A stretch of 63,428 nucleotides of DNA, filler included, from Circinaria calcarea (GCA_051942165.1; 22 parts of 22 records of this genome joined end to end with filler, not necessarily neighbours in it); one strand, 5' to 3'; shown: positions 35,298 through 50,154, numbered from the whole stretch's first letter. Numbers and translations: made by a program. The notes: generated by a model from the letters alone, not told the origin.

Positions 35298-36353
35298 TTG
35301 ATTGATTGATTGATTATGCTGAGAACAATTCGGATGTGGAGAAAGGTAGGAATATTTGTTTTATAAAGAAAAAAGTTGTACAGACGGTACGGTTCTTTCT
35401 GGACGGTTATTTCCCCCGACTACTGAATGATTTCCAAACGGGTTAAGTTATGGATGGATGCGCGATTAGAGCGTGTGGTCTCGTTGTCATGTCCATGTCA
35501 TATTCGAGGCGTGTAGGTATATATATGTACAGTAAGTAGGATACAAGGGAAACAAAAGGAGACGAGAACGATACGAGAACGAGACGATAGGATAGGATAC
35601 GATACGGGTAGAAAAACCAGGCCATTCTCCCTTCCACTCTCGTCTTCTCATCTTATTCCGTACCGAGATTGCCCCCCTAAACTAAACCAAACCAAACTTT
35701 ATTACCTTATCAAAAACCCTTATTACTTTTCCTCTCTTCTCCTCTCCCGTAACTTTTTCATATTGATACTTAATCAATGCTTATGATACTCGATACTCGT
35801 ATAAAAAATTTGATCGGTTGGAATTTTTTTTTTTTTTGGGTTTGCATGCCTTTTTCCTTTCTTTTTCCTTTTTCGTTTGTTTGATTTGACTGATAGATAG
35901 ATAGATAGATTGATTAATTCATGGATGACATACATGTGATAATAATCTCTCTATTCTTCTCTAGTCTATGTATGCACTATCGAAAGATCTTTTTGGGGTT
36001 GGGGTTGGGGGGGGCTGGTTCCACCTTTCCCCCCCGGTGCCCCCGGCTGGGCTTCTACTAGGGATAATAAATGAAAAATTCCATCTGCTCGATTGGCAGT
36101 TCCTGGATATAAAAGGTAATAAGTGTACCGAAACAAAAGCCCCCCCCCGGATGCGTCTATTCCCTCGTAGCCCATAAGAAGAATGTTCGCTAACCTGCTC
36201 CTTGACGGATACCATACCCGGAGCCGTCCATCCCAATTCAGCCGTCTTTACTTTCCTAGGGGTGTATCTTCCATTTCCCCTCTCGTCTATAATGCAATCA
36301 TTCAGAGCCCATGATCAACCCGTGCTGGTATCCGGGACGCAGGTTCCCCTCTA

Positions 36354-37522
36354 TCATTCCAACTCCAGTGCATCATCCCGACTCGCCCCGTCACGAACAG
36401 CATCCTGCCGTCCTTTCTTCCGTTTCAGTTTCCCGAGACCTGGTAAGAACGACCAGGTGACGGCGTCGGCAACCAAGCACGCGAGAACAATGGGCATCAG
36501 TACCTGCACTCCTTTGGCTTGTGCAATGGCACCCACGGCAAACGGTAAGACGCAAGCGCCGCCCGCACCGAACGCGGCGGCGAAGCCTATGCCTGCGACG
36601 TGGAGATGCGGAGGGAGAAGTTTTGTGGCTGCAACGACAGTGGCGGGAAACATGGGGCCAAGGAAGAAGCCGACCAGTGATACGGCAGCAAATGAGACGC
36701 CGAGGACGGGGACCAGGTAAAAGATGAGATGAAAGGCGGTAGCGAGAGTGAGATAAATCTAGATTAAGTCACCCGGTTAGATAGCAAGGACGTTAAATCA
36801 CGCAGGCAAGGCAGGCATGTATGATTGGAACGAGTAACATGACATACCACTATAGCCAGCTTCTCCCCAATCCTAGGCGTCACAAAACCCAGAACAAGTC
36901 GGCCAACAGTTATCCCAAGCCAAAAGCCGGTCGCACCCATTCCGGCTGCAAATGGCGCTGCGTGCCGAATTTCCATCATGAAGACTACGACCCAGCCACC
37001 AATTGCAACTTCAATTCCCACATATATTAGGAGGAACACCGAGCAGATCCAAGTAATTCGGCTACCCAGCGCTTCTTTTGTTCTGCCTCCAGTTTTGCCG
37101 CTAGTCCGTGGGTGTTCATCCCGAAATTTTCTGCCAGTCTCTCGCCAGAATGCAGTGGCTGCCGCAATAAGCTCAACGACGCTAAGCCCGACCATGATAT
37201 AATAAAAAGTATACCACCCCAAATGTGCTTTCGTGATCATCGCGGTCGCTATAAGCGGGGCCAATGTTGCTCCTAATCCAAATGCGCCATGAAGAAAGCC
37301 CAGAATCTCATTCGCGTTCTGCATCATTCCCATCCACGCATTCCATGCTGCGTCTTCGAGACCATTGCTAAAACCGGCGAGAACGAAAGCAATGACCAGT
37401 GCCGGATAGGGAGGATGCTGAGAGATGATGACATATGCGATGACACGGACTCCGGGAGCAATAAAGGCAACCCCGCGCTGACCAAATGTCATGTGGATAC
37501 TGTTGTTGAGTATGGCGGAGGC
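36354..37522 (-). CDS. MFS transporter (Bsc6-like), 5' truncated, one intron
   Basis: GLEDAAWNAW, LHGAFGLGA..AP, YVGIEVAIGGW, GFWLGITVGR, GFAAAFGAGG...PFAVGAIAQ. Confidence 0.88.
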
Positions 37523-37622
37523 NNNNNNNNNNNNNNNNNNNNNNNNNNNNNNNNNNNNNNNNNNNNTTAATTAATTAANNNNNNNNNNNNNNNNNNNNNN
37601 NNNNNNNNNNNNNNNNNNNNNN

Positions 37623-38438
<816 letters not shown>

Positions 38439-39677
38439 GCAAAAGTGGAAAGGGAGGGAGGAGGGAAAGGGGGCGGTGTAAATATTGAGGGGGAGTGTAA
38501 TCGGGAGGAGGGTAGAAAGAGGCATTATTTGGGAAATCTTGACACCGGCGAGTGGGATTTTGCATCGCGCGTGGGGAGAGAGTTCAGATATGCGACGAGA
38601 ATGAGAGATTAGATTTCATTATTGAGAGTTTACTTTTGTTCTGATTCTGATTCTGATTTTGATTTCTGGATTTTTTTAAGCAACACAACCGCCAGCCATT
38701 AGTCTAGTCTAAGCCCTAGCTAGCCTGCCTCAACCCGAACGAAACCTTATGGTAGCTTAAGCTCCAAACTCTTCGTTTGGCTTCACCAACTCTCAGCTCC
38801 ATCCAGCTCAGGGCTCCGGGCTCCGAAAAAAAAAATCTTTTAATGTGCAAACTGGCAAACAGAAGCACACTCACACTCACTCTGCTATCACTCTGCTATA
38901 CTTTTTTCAAAAAAACCAAAAAAAAAAACATGAAAGAAGAAAGGGGCAACCGAGCTAAGCTACCTGCGATAACGCGTAGCGTAATCAATCCTTCGATCCA
39001 TCCATCCATCACAGCAGCCAAGAGCTAGAGCTAGAGCTGAGTTCGAAACCACGTACCATAGGGAAGAGAGCTTCATGTTTTGTGTCGATAAAAGCTTCAA
39101 GGAGAGCATTCCGAGTTTAGGTAGGAGCAAGAACTAACAAACGGCTTCTTTTTTTTTATCTCCGGCAGTTTATGAAGGAAAGGAAAGGGGTGCGGCTGGA
39201 TGCCTGGAAATAGGCGAAGAGGGGAGCTACCGGCATATAGTAATCCATAGGGCCATCCAGGTATCATAAGGTTGGTGTAGGTGGTTCGGACAGAAGGCCG
39301 CAAGGTACAGTAACAATGCCACGATCCCACGAGCTACCGGCTACCAGCTAGATAGACCCCGAGTTGCGTGATCATACAGAGAGTTTCAAGGGGGCAATGC
39401 TAAATCCGATGGATATTTGGGAAATTTTGTAAGACCGGAATACCCAGGACTTGGAGATGGCAGTTGCCCCAGAGTCATGTTGGCCTTGAGCGGAAAGTAC
39501 ATTTGAGTTTAAGGTCCCGGTGTAGCGCAATTGAATGTAATAAATAAATCAGACTTGTCCGCCGATATCGTTTGGTTGCTAGGTCCCGTACAAGATGGTT
39601 GAAATGATGATCGGCATGGATTTTTCCTCTTTGTTGGCATATCCAGAGAGTCTCAGTCGATTTTCCCGAAATGGCAA

Positions 39678-40407
39678 TCAGACGGAAGAAATCAACATTG
39701 GCCTTCCAAAACCCCTTTGTTCCATCCGTCTCAGCCCCTCCGCTTCATCCTCACTGCGTAGTCGTTTCCCCAAGGTTTCCATAGTACCATACGGCAGCTC
39801 ATCAAGCCGGGCGCATTGCCTCCTCACAAACTCGAATTCCCGATCGTTCCGGCACTCTCTTAGCTTGTCGATGTCCTCTTGGAATAAGAGCTCGTGATCT
39901 CCAGTCCCGAGATACAGATCTTGATCGATTGCGTAATCAAAAACTGCCTGGACTACGGAGCCTACGGTCCCGCCTCGCTGGAAGAAGTTCTTCGATACCG
40001 GTGGCCATTCGCTCGCTGAGTCCAGGATCCAGAGGACGTTGAAGGTCAAGGGGAGTTGATGAGCACGGATGCAGTTAGCGACGTGGTTGAAGAGGTTCGT
40101 CACTCCTTGACGCATAGACTTGTTGGTCTTTAGGTTTTGGCGGACGGCTGGGTTAATCTTCCTTAGCCAGTGGTCGTTGTAGTCAACCCAATCCGATGCA
40201 GATTGATACTCGAGCTCATCGTTCAGCATGTCGTGAATCATGTCGGCGTGATACTCAAGGGAAAGCATCATGCGAGGACTCATGAAGCCAATGCATTTCC
40301 CGCAAGTACAGCCGTATCTGATCCTTGAGACCTCGTCCATGGGCGGATTGGTTAGCCCTTTCATCTTCACAAGACATTTTACCTCATCGTGGTAATAACC
40401 TTGAAAG
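39678..40407 (-). CDS. Conserved fungal hypothetical protein, C-terminal part
   Basis: GCTCGKC..FMSPRM, TNKSMRQG, EWPP...FFQRGG, ECRND.EF.FV. Confidence 0.7.
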
Positions 40408-43400
40408 NNNNNNNNNNNNNNNNNNNNNNNNNNNNNNNNNNNNNNNNNNNNTTAATTAATTAANNNNNNNNNNNNNNNNNNNNNNNNNNNNNNNNNNNNN
40501 NNNNNNNGGTTTATGTGGTGGAGGTGAGATGAGATGGTGTTAATTACCTACTGTTTTCTTTGCTGGGAGTGTACGGAGTTCTCCGTGGGGAAGGGAGGGA
40601 GGATATCCGTGACAGGTTCCCCCGGCGTCTCGAAAAAACATTGCCCTCAACGCTTAACCGGTGCAACGGGGCTCCTCGTTGAACACAATATCGTTCGCGT
40701 TGAAGTTAGGTTCCGTAAACCACCGGATTACAAAGCCTTTGTTCTGTTATTTCATTTCCTTTGCGTTCCAATTGTTGATTTTAATCCTTTTGTCATTCGT
40801 CACGGATACCCCGGTATTGCTGTTTATTAATTTTCTTTTTATTTCTGCCATTCTCGGGTATAAAGCCCTGTTTCTCTCTCTTTTCGCTTGACTTTTCTTC
40901 ATGCTACCCACCTATTGGTCATCCCTTCTCTCGATATACGCGTTTAGTGATCGGGTGTTATTGATACCAGTTGAGTTTCGATAAATTCCTAGGCGGTAGA
41001 TTAAGTCACTTCTATAAAACGACTCAAAACCTCGGCCTCTCCTTCTTATAGAAACAAAATCTCTCTCTCTCTCTGCCTCATTGCCGCTATCGGACAAACC
41101 GACATCCCTGGATCGTGTATTATGCGTGTTCACGAAGTCTGGAGGTTCTATTCGATCCTGTTGACGAGGCGATAACCGGTAAGGATGAAAGAGTTGATTC
41201 GATGGCCTAAGAGAACAAACTGTTGGGAAAGAGACGGTATGTCCATGTTTTAGTGAAAGGGACACTTTAGAAATGAAAGTTGAAAGGAATGTTTTGGAAC
41301 AACGAAGCAATAGTTTAACTGTTTTATAGCAGCGAAAAAGGTGATGGGCAATACAGGAGAAAGATAGGGCGGGGCCAGAGAAGAGAATAGTTGTGAATAA
41401 TAAGATCACTCCCGGTTGGATGAGATAGTGGGTTGTACTTCGCGCCGAAGTATTCCTGAATTGATACACTTTAACGTGATGCGCTATAACAGTGCGGGTT
41501 CTACCACTTGGTTTCCCACAGGTATGATATGAACAATTTTTCTGGTCCTCCGAATTGCTACCCTTATTGTGGTGGAGATAAGATGATGTTAATTGCTACT
41601 ATTTCCTTGCTACCAATATACAGAGTTCTCCTTGCGAGAAAGGTCCGGAGGGTATCCATGATAGGAGGGAGCGAGAACACTGCCATGCACATGCCTATGC
41701 CGAGCCATGCTCTGCTCCAGGCCTACCGGCAAAGCACCAGTATCTGACATCAGCAGCAACCCGTTTCCCTAAGAATCCTAGCAGCAGCCGGAAGCCAGAA
41801 GCCGGGGTATGAAGTTTGAGTAAAATGGGGGGAACAAAGGTCCAAGGGGCTTGGAAAGGGCAAACGCGGAATAAAGAAAACGAGTTTTTTTCCCCCTTAT
41901 CCAAGGGGTATTCGTGAGGGTCCCCCCCCCCTCTGCAGAGCTGTTTAAAACCCCAGATCACGTCGCGTTTCACCGTACTGTATAGTAATCAGTACGGTTA
42001 CCGGGGTCCAGTGAAGCCCAGAGGGGAGGGGGGGAAGAGGTAAAAAGTGCTCCTCGTTCGCACACCTATTACACAATACCCACAGCTGCACTGCCCAACC
42101 CGCTCGGTTGATGAATTGGGAATGAAAGCGTAGACTATCGAATCCTTCCACCCCCAAAATCTTGAGTCGGGACCAGTTTCAAATCAGAAAGATAGAGAAA
42201 GAAGAGGAGCAGGAGTAGGATGAGGGGACGGATAGATGAGCAGGATGAATAGGCAACTATAAAATCCCCTAAATCCCCTCCCCCCTTTTCGCCTTCCCCA
42301 CTCCGAGGAGATATTCACCCAAGAAGAAGATTAAAAGGAGGGAGAAGGAGAGCAGGAAAGTATCTCTCATACGTAAGAAGATTCCCCAGAGTTTAATAAG
42401 GATAATGTATCCACTCCCCTTCCCCCCCCGGGGTCCCTTGGTTCCGATTGATTCTCTCACTTCTTCCATGCTCCCAGCTTCCTTAATCACTATGAACCCA
42501 TCTCTTTCTCCCCTCCCCTCCGCCTAGGCCAAGAAAAAGAAAAGAAAAGAAAAGAAAAGAAAAGTTAAATTACCCCGTCCTCCTCCCCTCCCCCTAACAG
42601 AAAAACTCTCACCGCGGGGACAAAAACAAGACAAAAACAAAACCCCGACTATCTCACCTAATTCCATCCCATCATCCCTCGATACCCTCACTCTTCCGCT
42701 TTATCCCCGCGCTTTCATCTTCAATCGCCAAACCATCAAGGACTCAAGGCAAACCCAACCAGTCCCACATCCAAAGTCCCAGTCCCCAATACCACGAGTT
42801 TCCAGAAAGCAAAAGACAAAAAGGCAAAAAGCGAACTAAAGAAAGTCCAGTCCCGTAATTTCATTAAAAAATAACCAGGTAAAGACATGTGGTACGGCTT
42901 ATACTCGTTAGTAAAAAATACTTAACGGGGGCGGGTAGTTGGCACTTCACTTTTCAGTCCACTTTCTTCCCTTTCTATCTTTATCTTTAGCCTTTTGCCT
43001 TTTTAATATTTTCAATGAAATGTCCAATATAGTGGAGAGAAAATAATGAGAAAGGATACGGATTCGGATCCTACAGGGAAAGGGGAAGTGGAAGTGGAGT
43101 ATAAACAACGAACAAAATAAATCAAATCAAGGAAACCCTACTCTCTCTCACAAGTACATGTATATGTTCAAGTTACATATTAGGGGAAGACGGGAATCAA
43201 AGGGAAAAGGAAAAAGGAAATCAATATCTCAAAAACCCTTCCTCACCCCCTCATCCCCCCCTTTTTTATAGAAAAAACAAAAAAAAAACAANNNNNNNNN
43301 NNNNNNNNNNNNNNNNNNNNNNNNNNNNNNNNNNNTTAATTAATTAANNNNNNNNNNNNNNNNNNNNNNNNNNNNNNNNNNNNNNNNNNNNTAATGCATT

Positions 43401-44338
43401 GTCACTCGGTTGCGTGGTCTGATCAGCCAGGTGCTGCCGATACATTTCTCCACTCCCATTGGGGCGCCAAATTGGGTTAAAATGTATGTAACAGGAGTGA
43501 TCGTTCGAGTTTGCCTGTTGCTTAAGTTTTGCATTTCTAATTTTGAGTTCGGTTTTCACATTGTGTGTAAATATTTTTATTTGGTGCTAGGCTGTATTCG
43601 ACTTTGCTTCTAGGGCTAGCTGTGTACTCAATTCTTCATTGCTCGACTACCAAAATCAGCGGATAGCACATGGAATTCGGCACCAATATCATAATCCTAG
43701 AGCAAGCGTCAGACCTCGGACAGATTAAAATTGTCAATTCGTCATTCATCATGGTATTTGTACACGATGAACTCAGCTCAGGCGGGTAAGTTTGACGACT
43801 AGCCAATAACAGCTAACAATCCCACACAGAAAATGTACCAATACCCACTCCTCATCCAGTTAATAAAGATAAGAAACCAAGGTCCCTCTCCATATCAATG
43901 GCCAATAGAGCTCCTTATCATGAGTCTCTTCAACCCCAAGGGGATAGAAAGCTCGAGGTACAGCAGCAACTATTACTTGAAAGTTGAAAACCCATGGAAT
44001 GGCAAAAAGTAACTACTTGAGAGCAATATGAGGGAAAGAGCTCAAATCTCTACATCAAGCACATCAAGATATCAACATATGGACTGATTATACTAGACTG
44101 CTGCGTTTCGAGGCTTTCCAGTACTCCATTATAGGAGAAACTGCTACCTAGAAGTCAAAGAAAGGAGGGTTTTAAAAGCCACATGTCATTCAGAGGACAA
44201 GGCGCCTCGGCAAATGTCGGCGCTTGCGCTTATAACAGGCGCGCACTGTCAAAATGCTGCAATCTGACGCAATCACCAAATCAAAGTGTCAAGGAAACTT
44301 ACGAGGCTGGTCCTGATGGGACATGGCAGAGTATTAGG

Positions 44339-45301
44339 ATGAAGCTTCTCCTGATCCGTCATGGCGAGACTGTGGACAATGTTGCCCAAGTATAGTGAGT
44401 TCTCTAATATGAGCCCTGCTTAGAGATCCTAACCAATGCCAGTGCGGGCACCAAGGACTCCGCACTCACTATCCATGGCTCCTTGCAAGCTGATCGATTA
44501 AGTCAATACCTTTCTCAATCAGGCTATCGCTTTACCCATATATTTTCCTCTGACTTGCAACGAGCTTTCAAAACTGCTGAAGCCTTACGTGTCGCTCAGG
44601 TCGCGAAGGACAGTAGCCTAAGCGCCCCAAACGTTAATCCACTCTCTATCCTCAGGGAACAAGATTTCGGCTACTATGAGGGAAGACCCTTTTACACTAG
44701 GGACCGTGACTTGAAGCAATCAGGCAAGGACAATCATCGGGCAAAGACCCTCAATGATCCAAACTTCAAGGACGTTGAATCGAAAGAAGCGATGGAAAGG
44801 CGGATGAGAACATTCCTTGACGAATACTTGATCCCCATACTCAGGAACAACAAGTCGATGAAGGAACCAGTAGTCGCTGTTGTGTCCCACGGCATTATCC
44901 TTTCAACTCTATGGAAGTGTCTTCTGAAACGATTTGAAGCACAAAGTGTAAAACTTGCGCGGGGTTTAACCTTTGGTAGTGGAGGATATGTATCATTGGA
45001 ACATCTAGGTGGCTGGTCGAATACCGGGTATTTGGAGATAGATATCCAAGATTCAACGCTGGTACACACGATCGATGTAATTGACGCGATTCATATTAAT
45101 AATAGTCAAAACGATGACATGGCTAAAGATAACATATCTTCACTTCTCATGGGCTGGAAGATGACCATCAAAACTATTAATGGAAAAGAGCACCTTAAGA
45201 ACCTGAAGCGGACGGGTGGTGGGGTTGGTAGCTCCAAGTTTGACGAGGGTCAAAGAAAAATTGAAACATTTTTCGTCTCCAAAAGGACCAAAACCGGCTA
45301 A
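44339..45301 (+). CDS. Histidine phosphatase / phosphoglycerate mutase family protein
   Basis: IRHGE, intron 44395-44442, SSDLQRA, LREQDFG.YEG, VSHG. Confidence 0.92.
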
Positions 45302-46588
45302 AAGTGCATGAGGCAGAATTACCCAGAAGGGAACAAGCAACAACACGAGCTGAGACCGCATGAAATCTAATATAGGACACACCGTTAGCTTAAGCACGCA
45401 AAGCTCAAGCACGCAAAGGGTTGTAACTCACCCCGCTAACATGTACAGTGGGTTCAGCAGTGGAAGTCCCGTTCCAGCCGGTGGGGTTCACCTCCTATAA
45501 ATTGGGGCTGATCCGAGTTTGAGAGTCACTTTAACCGCGTCCTGAAATAGCTGGATCTACAACTCTCAGTTTCCTTGCACGCAACTTAACCTGTATGAGG
45601 GTCTGAGAGAAAAGGGGCTTGCAACGGAGTATGGGATCATCATCAACTGTGTGAGTACGAATTTTCCACGATACTTTACTGTTCAAATGATGAAGCACAA
45701 ATCACAACACAGACCTGTTCTGAAAACACCATGTGGATATGTAAAATTTGTACCAACTGCTGTCTGAGACCATCGATACTATGCTATCAAATCGCGGCTT
45801 TGCCAAGTTATTACACCGCGCGCTGACGAGTTGGCTTCTCTAGTACCGAGAGGCTTACCACTGTAATATTACGCAGATACAGCAATCACGACGGTACCCT
45901 GAAATCTACTAAGAAGAAGGGCGGGAACGGGAGGGGAGGATACAGGGATACGAGGAAGGCAAAGGTCAGGGAGTGGAAATGAAAGGATCGGCCAGTCGAA
46001 CTATGGCTTCAAAACGAGCAACAGATTCGGCATAAACACAAAACAAAGAACCCCTGATAAGAATAGTACACTCTCTAACCAAGTAGCTCATAACAACTAC
46101 CCAATTCTACACTTCACCTCCAAAAGTTCCGCTTCCCCTTCCCCTCATCCTCTCTAAAACTCCAACCCACCAAAANNNNNNNNNNNNNNNNNNNNNNNNN
46201 NNNNNNNNNNNNNNNNNNNTTAATTAATTAANNNNNNNNNNNNNNNNNNNNNNNNNNNNNNNNNNNNNNNNNNNNCTAGAATAACATAAGGATTGAAGGT
46301 GTCTGGGACACGCGAATATAAGCAACCCGCCAAGGCTCGCTAACGCTAAACCACGCTAGACCTAATCCGTCACCTTATCACCACGGTGTTGCACTCGTAT
46401 GTTATAGCCATAACACCAATAAATTAAGAAAAAATTAAACTAATTGCGCAATTCTATTGGATTAAGAGAAAAAATCAAGAAATAACGTTATATTGATATA
46501 CAGCTCGTCATAAACACCGTGATATATGTTGGTGGAAGGAATAGGGGGTGACGATGCCAGTGGATTTTTCGATTAGAACAGCGAAATG

Positions 46589-46629
46589 AGGGGCTCACCC
46601 CCTAGTTAATTACTAGGGGGTAAACCCCT
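46589..46629. repeat. Inverted repeat upstream of the DUF3435 gene
   Basis: AGGGGCTCACCCCCTAGT-TAATT-ACTAGGGGGTAAACCCCT, with perfect 10-bp inner arms and 16/18 pairing overall. Confidence 0.85.
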
Positions 46630-47166
46630 GCAGCCACGCGAGGGATTCTAGCCCGAGCTGTCGCCCCTCTGTATGTGGCGCCATACTGAGCATGGGTATG
46701 GCAAGGGGTAGTTAAGTAAAATGCTATTTACATAGATTAAACAGCTTAGCCGAGTAAATACAGGGATTTACAAGGGGTACTTCTGTAATTTGCCGTTAAA
46801 TTTATTACTATTGGTCGCAGGGGAATCAGCTGTTAGCGTCACGCTAGTAAATCATTGCCCAATGTAGTTAAAACCTCGTAATCTACCAATGAGATGAATA
46901 AGGTAACCAAAATTGTTTCTGCTCTTGGTCAGTCATTCAAGGGAGCCAAAAATGGCTGCCACGGCCCATGGCCCCATTGGCAGCCTTGGACTCTCGCCCC
47001 TACTTAAATGGGCACTTCCCCCCCAATTGATCTAAACATCGCAGTCTTCCCCCAATCCTCTCGCATCGCCATCTTCTACCCATCTCAATCCACTCATATC
47101 CGGAGTCAATCGCTCGGCAAACTATTCAACGCTTCTCTCCAATCCAAGGTCCACAACAATTCCTCT

Positions 47167-49056
47167 ATGGATATGGCTCCTACGTTGAAAAAGTCCTCGA
47201 AGCTGTCCTCGAAGAAGCACCGTCCCTGTGACGCTCCCCAGGCGCTTCAGGACGTCGTGGTCCGACATAGCGAGAGACGAAGAGCCAGGAAGCCCAAGCT
47301 CACGTCACAGAACTGCGAGGCTGAGATCCAGAAACGCAACAGCTCTGGCCCTCTGGCTCTGAGAGATGCAGACCAACATCAGTGGCATGTGTCGGAAGTG
47401 GAAACGGTGAGGAAGCTTGTTCATTGTCGACGACTACACAGCCCTGACTAGCACCACCTAAGGTTCTGCGAGTTTAGAGGCATTCGATATTGGCAGACAG
47501 CGATCAGGGCATGCGACATAGGGAGCGCTATGATGTTCCTGCGGTATGTTTGCGAGAATTACAAGGTGCGTGCATTCAGTTCAGCACACCAGTATCTGCT
47601 GCAGTTCCAGCAGCTCTACAACCGGGTCAACGGTCAGCACATGGACACAAATGATGCCAAAGAGGCTTTCAAAGTACAATGGCAAACTCTTGTGACTACT
47701 TATACCCACCCAATTACTAACTAGGCCATTATGGTACCCCGATACTATCCTGGCATACGAATTCCACTTGAGGCGGGAGAAGACGCCTAAACCAATGTTA
47801 GGAGGCGACGACCTCATCCTTCTCCTCACTCACCACTGCGCTCGAGACACTTCTATATTTCCCACCGAGGATCAGCGACTCACACTGGCCGCGATCATGC
47901 TTCTCCTGATCTACACCGGCTGTCGACCTGCCGAGTTGGTCGATGCAGCGAAACGCAAAGCCACCTCGGACCCAGCATATAAGGATGACAATTGGGATAG
48001 TGGATACGACAGCACGGACGATGTTCAAGATAACGATCCAACATACGGGAAGGTAGAACCTTGGGGCAAACCCAAATGATACACGATTATGATGATGACC
48101 TCGAAGACGGTTCCGACACACGGGAATACAAGGCTCTATGCTACGAGGATATCCGTCTGTGGTTCGTCCAGAATTCTTCTCTTGGAGAGCGTGATCTCCT
48201 CGCCATGGAGATCACTCTTGCTCATCACAAAGGAGCTGACAAGAAACCTAAACCGTATGTGCCAATTTTCGTGCCTGACCTTGCTGATGCGACCCCTTTA
48301 GCACCCCCTTCCTCTTTCACCAAGAGAGTCTCCCGACCTTGTGTCCTATCAGCCACATCCTAGCCCTCGCGATCAATGACAATGCGATTCAAGTGGATGG
48401 TTATACGCACGCTCAGCCATTCTTCACAAGTCAGCTACGAGATCCTACGAAAGCTGTCCTCGTACATTGGAAGCTGGAGAAGCTCAAGGTCCCGATCTTC
48501 CGCCAAGCGGTACGGACGCGAACATTTGACGGCCTCGCAACCTCAGAGCACAAAGCCCTCCGTTACTTGACTTTTGCCTTCTACCTTGACCATCTAGGGT
48601 GGGCTGCCGGCTTTGCACAACAGTTGACCAGCTACTGTTTCCGTCGAGGCACTTGGAATGCGGTAGATGGTGAGGCATCTTAGGTAGCAACGTTCGTTCC
48701 AGCTAACAGCACTCTAAGCACAGCTATCACTCCGTTCGTGACTAGGTCATGAGACACAATCCTCAGACCTGGAGCCTTTTGCGGGTCATATATCAATGAG
48801 AAGATTAGGTTCATCGTTTAAAACGCGGTGCTTGACCAGCCCACGGACGCGGGGATCCTCCGCACCTTTACGCACATGAGCCTTACCTGTGATCCGCGTG
48901 CACCAGTAAGCGTGCCCAAACAGGTGATTGATTCTCTCCCTCCCCATCCAGAGATAGAGGAGCTCAAACGAGAGCGGGAGGAGTTCCGAAAAAGGTATCG
49001 TTTCTTCTCTCGAGCGCCTCCTGAAATCCGCCGAGAATGTGAACAACTTCGTCGGC
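47167..49056 (+). pseudogene. DUF3435 tyrosine recombinase (Starship captain type), inactivated, 3' truncated
   Basis: YTGCRPAEL, KALCYEDIRL, LAHHKG, CPISHILALA, PIFRQ, SYCFRRG..NAVD, VMRH, SYINE, HMSLTCDPRAP. Stops at 48743 (TAG) and 48819 (TAA) plus several frameshifts. Confidence 0.9.
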
Positions 49057-49156
49057 NNNNNNNNNNNNNNNNNNNNNNNNNNNNNNNNNNNNNNNNNNNN
49101 TTAATTAATTAANNNNNNNNNNNNNNNNNNNNNNNNNNNNNNNNNNNNNNNNNNNN

Positions 49157-50154
49157 GAGAGTGCGAGGGGGTGGAGACGAATAAAGGTAGGACTGCGAGA
49201 TTAGCAGGGGGAGGAAGGCGTGGATGAGGGTGAAGGGGGCGAGGAGGTGGGTGTTGAGGACTTCGGACCAGGTGGAGGGAGTGAGTGAGGGAATGGGCGC
49301 GATGGGGAAGGTGGAAGGGAAAGGGGGAAGGAGGATTAGGGAGGCAAGGTGCAGAGGTTGTTGGGCGAGGATGGAGGTGGAGGTAGGGTTAGTCAGCCGA
49401 TGTGTAAGATTCTCGATCGTGGACGTGGGCTGCGCATAGGGATTAGTTGGGCTGTTTTGTTATCGATGTAATAGTGTGATGGGGGCGACGTACAGACGTA
49501 ATGTCTAGATCCAGAGGGTGGATATCGGCGTGGAGCTCAGCTTCTACGGCTTGTTCTTCCGACTCGGTGCTGACGGGTATATAGACAATAAAGCCCCGGC
49601 GCTCAAGATCTAGCGCGAGTGTACGTGTGAGAGGGGAGTGGGGCGAGCCTGCCAGGACGATGACTTCTGTCTTGGCCCCGTTGGCTGCCCGTCTCGCACG
49701 GCGTTTTAGCCTGTATTGGCGTCGTCTATAAACGATGATAAATGTGCCCGTGCCAACGAACGCAACGACGGCTGCAGTAATGGCGCGGTGCCTGGAAATC
49801 CAATCCTGGACTCGCTCAAAATAGCCAAGGGGTACTGTGGGCGCTCGTAGAGTGGCGCGGTGGATAGGAACGTTGGGCGGCGGCTTCATGGAGTCCGGAA
49901 TCCATGGCGAGCATTGCAACGTCTCGCGAAGAGAATCACCGACTTCTGCAATTTGACGATTGATAGAGTCGGCAATGGAGTCGGCGGTGTCGCGGGAGAA
50001 TTCAGCTGCTTCGCGGGTGAACCGGAATATATCGTCTGGAATCATTGAGGAAAGCTATATAGTGTGGTTAGTCGGCGTATTCTGTTTATGGATGTGAGCA
50101 TGTACCCACTAGATTCATGAATTGGTCAGGGCCATATGGCTCACCACCAGGCAT
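49157..50154 (-). CDS. DUF1776 family protein, 5' part
   Basis: RRARRAANGAKTEVIVLAGSP..PLTRTLALDLERRGFIVY after a TM helix. Predicted 15-codon first exon at 50154-50110. Confidence 0.8.

Noticed and set aside
43392..44080. Possible exon fragments with GT/AG signals
   Set aside because: I could not assemble a coherent or recognisable protein.
45444..45865. TACAGTGG...CCACTGTA as a MITE
   Set aside because: The inverted match is only 8 bp and does not extend.
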